Source: Ascidiella aspersa (Eukaryota). Taken from it: 64,000 nt of DNA. The position numbers were made by a program, and so were the translations under genes. Below are positions 11,780-23,700 of the stretch, one piece after another. The DNA is taken from NCBI GenBank assembly GCA_963924565.1, contig OZ004611.1, positions 33,294,001 to 33,358,000 of the forward strand. Direction: 5' to 3'. Numbering within the stretch: the stretch's first letter is position 1; every line of letters begins with the position of its first letter. The notes beneath the pieces are model-generated. The model was given only the letters and a program-made list of their open reading frames with translations. It did no database searches and was not told where the DNA came from.

Positions 11780-14700
11780 TCACGTGGCTTGGACGCCCCG
11801 TTCCGCTTCGTCGAGCAAACTCCCGGACTCACTGGCGCCACCTAGAGCCAGACGGCGCAGTTCTTCTTCTATCAGGGGATCCACCTCATCGTCGTAATGC
11901 CTGCAAAGCGTCCATTGTTAGCTCACAGACGCCATTGGGGCCATGACGTCACACTTACATGTCGAACGACGATGAACCGCGCTCGTTGGCTTGTTCCTCC
12001 GCCACCAGGATCTCGTATTCATCCGCAGCAAACTTTTCCCAATCGCTCGGTTCGTTCGCGTTCGGCTCCGCGTCCTGGGAGAAAAGCAGCGGGGTTAGAT
12101 CGGGGCTTTCCCTCCTGTGTTAGGGGGCGGGGTACCTTCTGAGGGGCAAAGGGGTCCTTCTGCTCGTGGTCGAGGTACTTTTCCACGTTGAAGAAAGTGT
12201 CGAAGAAGACGTCGGCCATCTTGCAGCTCTTCAGGTCCGACAGAGTGACGCGGTCACGCCTCAACGGTTTCACCATGTCCAGCATCTAAACTCAGCAAAA
12301 TTAACTTGAATTGACTTTAACAAATTGGATTTTAAGCTAAAATATCACTAGTAGGTCGATCTGCTTGTTGTTTCTTTCCCACCTGACAGACGCAGTCGTG
12401 GAATGGCAGGGGTTCGATGTCCAGTTGCTCCAACTTGCTCATCTGCTCCTCGTAGAAGTGCTCCATCTCGTACATGGAGATCACGCCGTCGCCGTCCAGG
12501 TCCATGCACCGGAACCAGTACTCGATGCTGGAACAACAAAAGCAGCCTTAGCGGGATTCGAACCACCGACCTTGGGAAGTCTTACCTCGTGCTCGATTTC
12601 TTGTCCTCCTCTGAGATGAGGAACCACACAAAGTCGACGTAGGACATCTTGCGGTCGCGGTGGTCGGACGAGTCCCACCGCGTGACGGCGCCACTGAGAA
12701 CGCGCTCGATGAGTCGGCCGGACAAAGCTGCGGGGGGGGGGGACGGGGTTAGTTGGTTAAGCTAAGCTATAGAGCAGGGGTCCCAACCTTTTGAACACCG
12801 TGCCCCCCTTTGCAAATTTTGAGAAATCAATGGCCCCCCTATATATTTCAACCTTTTGAATATACAGCAACCGACAGTCAGAATGATAAAATGATATAAA
12901 TACAACACAATAAACATGATAATACATTAATTAGTTATTGCAATGTCATGATAATTTCATGAAGCTTAGGGTACGATTTGCTTAGTTTTGCCAAAACTGT
13001 GGTCAAACTATCTTCCTCAAAGCTCAATCGGGTTGCCGTCTCTTCTTGCAGCTTCAAGAGTTCATTAACATTTAATTTATTTTTTTGTTATAGTGGAGTA
13101 GTTAATTTTTAAAAGTATTTTTTTTATGGCCCCCTAGGGCCCACAGGTTGGGAACCCCTGCTATAGAGCGACAAAGACAAAGACCCACCGCCGTTGGCGT
13201 GCCGGGCGAGGTCGCGTCGGTCGATGACGAGGTCGTGGTCGGTGTCCAGCTCCCAGAACTTACAGTAGACCACGTAGAAGTGCTCGTATGAGAAGTAGTC
13301 CGGCACTGAGTTGATGTCCTGCTCCTCCTCGAGCGAGCCCAGCACCTGGCGACGAGAGGGGCGCGTTAGCGACACCTTGCGACACCTTAAGTGGACAATT
13401 CGAACCGCCAGTGGGCGCAGGGGAGTTTGACTTTACTTGGATTTGGAGAAACAAAATACTTTTAGTGACCAAAGGGGTGAAACAAGGGGGTTTACCGGCG
13501 AGGTGATTAGGGAAATATTGGGTTTGTTAATAAGTTCGCTCATTTCGAACCTGCAGGAAGTTGCTTTTCCTCATTTCGGCCACTGTGATTTTACCGGACC
13601 AGGATCGGTTGACGACGTAGAAGATGCGGGCGATGACCTGAGGGGAGAAGAGAGTTGGTTAAAATAAGTAAAGTAGGGGGTTGGGGGGAGTCGACTCACC
13701 GTGTTCATGTACCTGCTGTGGAACTCTGGCGCCTCTCTGAGGAAGCTCAATCCCGGATGCTGCTCGACCACATCCTGTCAAGTAAAAATAAGTCAGGTGC
13801 TTGCAACCACGCCCCCACCACCACCTGCCACACCCACCTGCATCAGGCACAGCAAGTCGTCGAACTCGAGCCAGTCGTGCCCGGGCTTGGCCAGCATCTT
13901 GACGAACCTCGAGGCGGCGTCGTGCTTGCTCTGCGCCAACCTGCTCCACATCGAGATGACGTCACTCTTGGACACTGTGTCGTCATCGGGTTTCGCGGCA
14001 GCTTTGAAGATGGCGGCTCTCCAGTACTCGTTGTAGCCGCAAGCCTGCGATGTTACATGGGAGTGATGGAATGAAAGGCTAAGAACTTGGGTTCGGGTTA
14101 CTAAGGGTCAAACATTCGCGGGGTACTAAAGGTCGAAGAGTGGCGGGTTACTTAAGGTCAACTTACCACAGCCACAGGCCCAAGCTCGCTCCTTGACAGA
14201 CGGTCCTTCCCCAGTTTCGAGAAGGCTTTGGAGATCTTTGTCAAGGTGTTTTTTATTTCGTCTGCAACAAAATTAACTTTGTAAGTCGGCGTATATTGTT
14301 GTGCTCACCAGGTTCCCAATTGTTCCACATCCACACTCGAGTTTAAACGACGGAAAATTAAATTATATTAATATTAATGTTTTGGGGGGATCCACACGTG
14401 TTCCAACACTCTTAGTCTATGATGGCTTATCCAAAACATATAAGACCTCCGAAAAACACCGAAAACAACTTTATTATGAATCACATCTGGATAAAGCTGC
14501 GAGAGACCACTTTTTGGCAGTTCATTTTTATGTTGAAAGCCCTTTTACCATTTTTGGAATTTGCAGCTTTTTACCAGAACAGATGGTGACAATCGCGGCG
14601 TAACCACAGTAGCTTTAACATCTTTTTAAAACCTTTGTGGTTCTTTCTAGATCGGCTCATTGATTCACAAATTGCGTGAGATTTTCAAGGGCTCGAAATT

Positions 14701-17700
14701 TGGAGTATCTTTGCAAAACAATCCGATTGTAAATATTCGGCTGCAGAAGTTAATTTTATTTGTAATAAAAATAGACTTACAGGAAGCACGTGAGGCTTCA
14801 ACGCATCTATTACAATAATGATGACGTCACAACACTCATTACAATAGTGATGACGTCACAACACTCATTACAACACTGATGACGTCACGGCGCTCTAGCT
14901 GCAAAACTTGTAGGTTTAAGGGTCTGACCTTTTGACCTTGGCCGACCGCTCGGGAAATAGAACCTCGGGATTGTGACGTCATCCTTGTTGTTGTTCGGCT
15001 CTTCTATCTTCACACCGGTTGGCGACGCGGCGCTGTTGTTGGGAATCTGCGGGGAATGGGAAGCGTGTGAATAGGTGTGAAGCAACTTATTATTTTGTTA
15101 ACTTTATATTTCACTGCTGCTCAGGTGTTCAATGTTTAAAACCAAAAGTTAACAGGACTTGAATTGGAGTTGTTGTCGCAGTTATAAAAGTGTTAGGTTA
15201 TTTCCCCTTGTTTAAATAATAAGCTGCATTAAGTCGGGTTTGCTGCTCACAACAAAATCCAATAATTTTGCCAAAAGATAAAATCTATGTTTTGATTGGT
15301 GTAGCCAATATCACACCAAAAAATCACTTTTTAGAGATTGTATTTGGAGACCGAAGACCGAAGTTTTATGTTACTGAGTCTCAGACATGATATTTGTAAT
15401 AGTTTTGAATTTTTTAATTGAAATTTTAACATTCAGTTGGTTGTGTATTTTACTAAACAATTCTTATTTTGCATATTAGCTTTGCGTGATGCTAAACACG
15501 ACAAAGCTAAGTTGATGTTAAATCGGCAAAATAACGTTTCATCGCCTCACTCACCACAAAGTGGAATTAAACACGATTCAAATGACACATTGCAAGTTTA
15601 AAAGTATGGACGTTTGATCATTAAAAGACAACGCTATAAATATATTTTCCAAGTAAAATCAACAAGAATATCGGTCAAAATTCACCGATATTTTTCTACC
15701 GGCGAACTGATTGATAAACCAACGGAAAGTTTTAAAAATAAGTTGGAATTTAAAGTCCTAGAAATTCTGCTTCGCTCTTAAATATTCAAAGCACAGCAGA
15801 ACTAAGAATAACACAAAACTGCTGGCGGTTTCCGACGCTCAAACAGATTACTTACGTTGTGTGTGACGTCACTTTTAAACGATAATATGACGTCATCACA
15901 ACAGTCTAAGGCAGTGGATATTCTCATGTTGAAGGCAAATCATAAACTGGTTGGTTAACCTAAGGATGTTGGGAAATGCATACTTTGCAATTATTTTGTA
16001 TTTAGATAGACCCAACATACAACGACCATATTACAAAGGCGAAATATATTTGCACAAAAAGCAAAATAATTCCTGCAGCGGCTGCGCTTTAATAAACAGA
16101 CTAAGTATAGATTAAACTTGATCTGCGCACAGTTTTATTTACTGAGCTGAACCTAAAGTATAACATTCCTTAAATCAACCAAACCGATGAAGCATTCACA
16201 ACTTGCTAACAACCGCTTAACTGGTTCAACTTTCTGACTTTTCCCACAATCAAACACACAACTTCCACTGCATTGTTACGTCACAACAAGCATCGTCAAG
16301 ACAACAAATTCAAAAGTAAACAATCGTTTGTGTATTACCTTGTATATGAATGGCTGCTTGACATTGTAGAGGGCGTTAAAATACCGTTCAGCCGCGTCTT
16401 TAAACATGTTGAGTGTACAGCAGAACAACAGGTCTGTGTACAGTTAGTTGCAGCGCGGGACAGCGCAGATGGATGTCCGGGGGACGAGGTAATTTGTCAG
16501 GCGCTTTGTGGATCGCATTCTGCGCTCATCGAGCATTTAATCCAGTTAAACTTAAACTGCTGGCCGCCATTTGTTTTGGTTTGAGAGCATGTTTATTTAA
16601 TAATGGCGACAATTTTGTTCGATTTATTATTTATTTGTTAAATGTTTCGAAATTTATTTTACTTTTTCTGTTAAGTTTTTTTATTTATTTAATAATTTTA
16701 TTTTTACTTTCGGGCGTTAAAGTTTTTTTTTAATTTATATTTGAAGATCGAAATTTATTTTTAATATTAAAAATTTTTAAATTTAGTTAATATTGCCCTT
16801 TTATTAGGCTTTCGCGTGAGACTTTTCATTTATTGAATTTTTCGGCAGATTTAGCAAAAAATGTTATACGTTCTTAGGTTAAAAACATCGGAGATAAAAA
16901 AAGATTACCACAAAAAACTATGAAAAAAAAGCGAAGAAATTAACTTAAACTTCCCAGGTCATTTGTTTCATTTAAGGGAATTTCCTGACTTGCTGTGAAA
17001 ATAAACGATTTTAATTCGATTAAGTTTGTCAAAAAGCTGTTGTTTTCACGACGATCTAAGGCGGTCAAATGCGCGGCAGATGTCCTAACTCGATTCAAGG
17101 TCATATATGCGACGACCTACGGCCCCAAGGTCACCTATTCCACGTGGTGGACATATGATCTCGAAGTTATATTTCGTTGGAACCTTACAATAATGAATTT
17201 CACAAACCTCCAGTAAAAAGGAATTGCTTTAAGTTAAAAAAAAGCTGAAATATACACAGTCGCCTCTATTTTGTCCAGGAAAAAATATATATATTTAATT
17301 TAATTGGCACTAAAATGTTTAATTTTTAGAAAAAGATAAAGGTTGACTAAAAAAGCATCGTCTATATTAGTCCAAAATAAATTTAATTTGGAACTCAGAT
17401 AATTATAGATTTGGACACAAAAACGACATAATCAATACAATCAGCTGGTATGCTATTCAAGACTAATTTTAACTGAATTATTTTAATCCAAGTTAGTTTG
17501 TCATTTGCCGTTCGGAATGTTGCAATCTCGCTCGTTAGTTCGTTGGCAAACCTGTTAATGTAAGCCCGTTGTAAGCTTGTGAAATGAATAGAATTGAATA
17601 GCTCTGCACATAGTATTATCAAGTTTATTAAGGCAGTGGTTTGAGAAGAGTTCAAATTATACTCTGCACGTTTTTACGCAGCAATTATAAGTCAAACACG

Positions 17701-20700
17701 TGATAGATGGCTGGTGTGCAAGTTAAACACGTCTGACTATTACTTAAAGTGGCACAAGCTCGATGTCAACGTTATCGTGATTTGGCAAGAAAATTACAAA
17801 CTTTAGAAGACAATAATCAATGATAATTTTTTTAATTATTCATAACCGTTTATGCACTGATATATTTGTGATTTTTATGATATTCTTACAGTTTTTTTGA
17901 CAAAATAAGTTCGATTGTTTGCGGTAAACCCTGGGATTGGGATTAAAATTCCCACTGAATGTTGAAGTTAGAAACCAAGTTGGTGAGTCTTAAACCAAAC
18001 AAACCAACAGACTTACAAAACTACTTAAGTGTTTAATAAACCGACTTTGATCAAGGCCTAACAAAACTACAACAGTTTTTATCATTTATAGCTTAAATCA
18101 TAAACCAGGCCTACACAACAAACTTTTAATGCGATAACGTATGTTGATTTCCTGTGTATTGTATGTTCTTAACAATAGGATTATAGCATTACATTTCTCA
18201 AGGAGACCTTTTTAGGTAGGTATTAGATTTATAACTCTGCTAGATACTTTACTCCAGTTTGTCGCATTATGTGCACGTTATAATGATTAATACAGAGTTA
18301 GCATTTGCGGTTGCGAAAATAAGTTGCTTGTTGTTCCTTGTGCCATTTCAAATTGTGCCGGACAATCACCAAATGGAAAACCAAATTAAATCAGATCAGC
18401 GTGGCGTATGCAATGAGTTAAAAGTTTTTAAACAGCGGGTGAAAAGCATTTAAAAGTACTGCTGTTAACTTGTTAGGCTTGTATTCCAGTTGTTAAATAT
18501 TTGTGATTAAGCAAACTGAAAACATCATCACACAAGACACCAAAGAACAACACAAGAACAACGCGACCCACACATAACTGTTGGCACAACACTTCAGGAC
18601 TAACATAAACTCTTAACACGCGCTCACCACCAAACTAAAAACTCTTAACACGCGCTCACCATCAAACTAACACCTCTAGTCGCCAGACACAAATCTAACA
18701 CAAAAAATATCAGTGCCGCACATAATTTAGGCGAATGTCGCGTTAAAACACGCGTTTTCACCCGATTTTTGACGTGTTATAATCAACATTCTAGCGTCCC
18801 TTTGTCCACTGTTCTAATCATAACCGCCTCGTTGTGACGCAATAGAGCAACTTCCGGTGTTGCGCTGCGGTAAACAAAGGATACAAGAGAGAATTAGAAC
18901 GAGGTTTAGAGCTTGAAGTCAGAGAAATCAACACGACAATCTTCACATGATTGTTTTGTAATAACCATCCAATAATCAAGGGTATGAAACTAAAACACAC
19001 AAATTTTTAAGTAAAGACGATCTTTGCTGATACAACGAGGCTACAGAAACAGTGTTCAGATCAAAATATTCAATAAGCATGTGAAATACCAACTGCAAAA
19101 ACACAAACATCTACTATACATCTTATTTCTTTTTACAAATTCTGGAGCCATCCTAAACTGATCGATAAACTGTGAGATTTGCTTGTAAAGAGCTTCCTAC
19201 ATAAGCTAACGTGGTAAAACATTGGGATCTCCCATTCAGCAACAAGTCTTGTCCTTGTAACAACTCACCCGGCCATTACCGGGGCCTCACGTGTTGCCAA
19301 CCAAACAGCACTCTGCTGTAATTTCCTATTTACGAATACAGATGATAAGAAACGTTAGCACACTTAGAGTTAAAATAAATGAGCTGAAGGTAGGGTTAAA
19401 TGGGTTCTCATGAAAACCAGGGATTTTCTGGCTTGGGGGAAATGTTTTACGCAAAACCTGAACAAGCTAACCCCAGTCAACCCCGGCTAACCCCAGTCAA
19501 CCCTTTTGCAAGTAACAAGAACCCGGAAAAAACCTGTTCAACAACATCATTACACCACAAACGCATACTTTGTGACGTAACAACGTGCTTCTGCGTAACA
19601 ACGCGACGCCACATTTCGCGCGAAGGTTATTTTTATAGATCGCGTTGCACTGTTACGTCACAGGGGCCTTTACAGGCTAAGAATACAGATAAAAGGTCAA
19701 CAATGAATCAGTTCGGATGATGCGAAGTTATTATTGTGAACGAACAATGCGATAACAATGGTCAAGAATACAAATAAGACATAAATGGGTTCTTCAAAGC
19801 AGGAATCTAATTAATAACACAACTCACCTAACGCTCAGCAAAAACGTGGTTACCTTCGAACTAACTAGTTTTCTGTCTGAATTACACAATTCCTTAAAAA
19901 AACTTCTATTTGCTCTTAAATGGCGCAAGGTTTTATAAACAAAGCGCTTTCAGTCTCAATAAAAACACTAAAAAACAGTCTTTTGCTAATAAATTTATGA
20001 CTTGTAAACTGTAAAAAGCTAATATAAGGTCTGCAATCCAACAATTTTAACCAAATACAAGCAGCCAGCTCACTATATACTTGTGCAATAAGGTTTTGTA
20101 GACTGGCCTTAACATTTCCTCGCTCGGTGTAAGTTTGTTGACATAAAAACAAGATATAAACTTGGTGCAGAAGTCTGCTTTATCGCTACTATACTAAAGC
20201 GAGGGAAAATATAATGCTGGAGCGGGCGAGCGAGGCTAAACTTGTCATTCAGGTCTGGCACGAGGCGAAATAAAGATAATTTTCAAAGATAAAAAACATC
20301 ATTTCATCCACTTCTTTGGCGCGCCACAGTAAACGACATGCAATTATTTGGAAGCAAAGGTCTTAGAAACTGTAACAAGTTGAATCTAATCACATTCAAC
20401 CTGATGAATATATTTTAACAATAATCCCACGTTAAAGCACATCCAAACCACATACTAACACCAACTTAAACCCACAGTTTAAGCAAATAATAAGATCTAC
20501 ATCAAACGCTTTTTAAAGCGGGGTTCATGCATCAAATTTTATGGGCCGCCAGAAAATTACAATTATTTCACACAAGTGTCCCACATACACACACACATGC
20601 ATACAGTCCTACATACACACACACACACATACATACATAATATAAACTGTACTTTTCTGCATCCCGATATGCAAGTGCCAAACCAATAAAACAAAAGAAC

Positions 20701-23700
20701 GACTGACACTTGCTTCAACAAATGCGCTTGACTCAGACAACGAACAACCTCCTGTCAATCAAACGTGAAGGGTCGCTAAAAGTTGGAATAAATTAACCGA
20801 AGCACGAAGCAAAGCGTACGCGAGTCTAGCCTTCTTGTCGGTGGATGTTTAGGCTCAGATATTCTAAACCAAACTGTCAACAACTCTTACGTTTTAAGTA
20901 AAATATTTTTAAAAATATATCGGAAGAATTATCTGGTTTTAAGTCCAAATTAAAAGAAGAAACGTTTTGTTTGGTAAACCCTTTAACACAACCTACCTCA
21001 CAATTAGGGGAAGTACTGTCGCCCCTTGGCACCCAGGTATCGTTTTCGGGGAATTCCCCTACCGCCACCCCAGTGACGTCACCACCTGCGGAATCGCTGA
21101 CTAACGATGACGCGACAGAATAACTTTCCTTAAAGCTTTTCTGACTTTCCGCGGTAACTTCGACCGGAGGAAGTACGACGCAATTTGTGACGTCACCCTT
21201 TGGTTCCGCTTGACTGACGACTGAAAAGAAATCCGTGACGTCATCGTTAAAGAATTCCGTGACGTCATTCAACGAACGACGCTTTTCTTGCTCGTTGTCA
21301 TTAGGGGCGACCACCCCCGGCGTACACTCGTCGCTGACCGGTAGATGTGTGACGTCACGGTCGTGTGACCTGGTCATGACGTCAGAGGTGCTGTGACGCA
21401 GGTGTGCGACGTCATCAAGTCGAAAGTTGTTGACGACAGGAGGTGATTTGATGTCGGGCTCGAACTTTAAGGTTTTGGGAAGAATTATGCGGAGTCGTCG
21501 TGAAATGCAATCCCTCGCATCTTTCCTCCTCTGCTCTTCACTCCTCCCACTCCTTTCCTCCTCACAACTCTTCTCCTCATCTTTACTCCCAACCTCCAGC
21601 TCCATACTAGCGTGCTTTGTGTGCTTTGTGCTGTCCAGTTCCTTGTAAGCTTCTACAACCGACCGCTTCCCTCGCCCGAACACTTCTGATGAAGCTTCTC
21701 TGTTTACATTCGATGAAATAAGACCGCGCGCTTTCTCCACGCCACAACCCACCGGAAGCCCGCACTGTGACGTCACACTCACAATAACAACCCGCTCACC
21801 GCCGGATGTAACACCTGAAGCGCATTTCGACTCGCTTCTGTTGTTGTTTGAATCGCGTCGCATCTGCACTGACTGTGACGTAACACTGCCATTTGTGGGC
21901 GAACAAACAAAGCTGACCGAGCTCTTGTATCGCGTCGTCTGTGACTTGCTGCGGGGGATTTCCCCCGACCGCAACACCCCATTGTTTGCGTCACAATTCA
22001 ACCGCGAGAATGTGTTCGCGAGCGTTGTTCCGCTTGGCCGGTTACAATTTGTTATTTTAAGGTCACGTGTTTCAAGGGCACGCGTTTGAGGGCCACCAAG
22101 TGGTTTAAGGTCACGTACTTTAAAGTCACCACGTGGTTGTGGTTGAAGGTTACGTAATTGAAGGTCACGTGTTTGGAGGTCACGTACTTGAAGGTCACCA
22201 CGTACTTGAAGGTCACCACGTGGTTGAAGGGTTACGAGTTGCCTTCCACGGTTGAGTGGTTGCATCTTGTAGACCTGAGGTAATATCTCGTTGACTTCCT
22301 GCAACATCTTCCTCCTGATCACGTGACTCACCACTAGGCGGCTCCTCGATTTGCGGAGTCGCACCTGCGGCGGGAGGGGATTCCCCGACATTTCAACCGA
22401 CTTTCCGCTGAAATTGAGATTTGAACTAAAAACTCAAGCGCGTCAGGACAGAGATCCGTTGTTGCGCAATAATCTCTCTATTGTTTGATTGTCCCAGCGT
22501 CCACAGATGGATTTTTACCGTAAAGAAGGTATGATGTGGGGACAGCAGCTTGTTCAAATTTACTGGAAAGTTTTTTAGCGACAATTACGAGCAGCTAATA
22601 ACTCCATTTGTTCCCAGACGAAATATTCAACAACTTTACGAGGTTCTAATTTCCTGCTGCAAAACATACTTTTTATTGTAACTGTAGAAAAAAATGGTTA
22701 GCAGTGTTTGTGTCTCTGCCGGTGTTAAGCAAAGTGCTCAACAAGAAATTAACGTTTGGCGGTTCCTCTACACATCAAATAACTTTAAAGCTTGTGTTTT
22801 TAAACCTTAACAGAATTATTTTTATACTTCTTTTCCGTTTACTCAGTAAAACATCTTGATTAGTTTGATTCATTGCTACCTTATCGTAAGCGAAAGTGAA
22901 TCGCCTGTGAAATTATAAAAAATGACTTTTCAAAGTAAAAATGCTACATAGGTTGCAAATTAATGCCTTAACACTTCGATTTGAACCGGAAAAAGATAAA
23001 ACCGGTTTGATCGGACCACAGCCAAGATATTTGATGTAAGCCAATGTAGTATTGATACTCGCCCGAAACTATCGTGAGATCGGTGTCAATCAAATACTCT
23101 GTATTAATGGCGCAATATAAGGGGAGATTATATTGTTGCATAGAACAGAGTGGGCGTTTGAAATAAATAATTAAACAGTGACTGTGAGACGTTCAAAGCA
23201 TTTTTTGGTTATTTTTGTAAAGCTGATTAATGCCTCGCCACTGACAATCTTATTTTGAGTGACTTGCAAAACCTAGTTGTAATTTAAATATATTTCCAAT
23301 AAACTTCGTTAACAAACTAACAAAATCATGCAGGTTTCTAAATACCTCCAGAAATTACACAGTGCTATTTTATCAATGCGCCATAAACTCGATCTTGCTT
23401 ACTTGGGTTGAACATGGAACTCTACAACGCCCAAACTAAACAAAAGTGTATACATTCAAATCGCAACACCTTTGTGACGCAACAGTGCAACTGTTTCTTC
23501 ACAAACAAGCTTCAATACGGCGATAACAACTGCTGAGCTATATTAGAACGAAGCTGCAAGAAACTGAGGAATTAATATCTGCTCGCTTATGAACCCGGAT
23601 TTAAATAATCCATGAATGGTTCGCGAAATAACTGCAGATAAGCTCGGTCAGGAGCTGGACTGTAGCCCTTGCATTCCAGATGCAAGCGCTTGATTAGATT

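Noticed and set aside
11355-11841. Three overlapping repetitive ORFs (e.g. RRCAKAPGADPKMRESS)
   Set aside because: By-products of a stop-free 31-bp repeat lying after the real stop codon.
20877-22391. Independent nested 504-aa gene
   Set aside because: An in-phase donor at 20996 and an AT-rich, intron-like tail favour an alternative PPP2R3 exon; not fully excluded.
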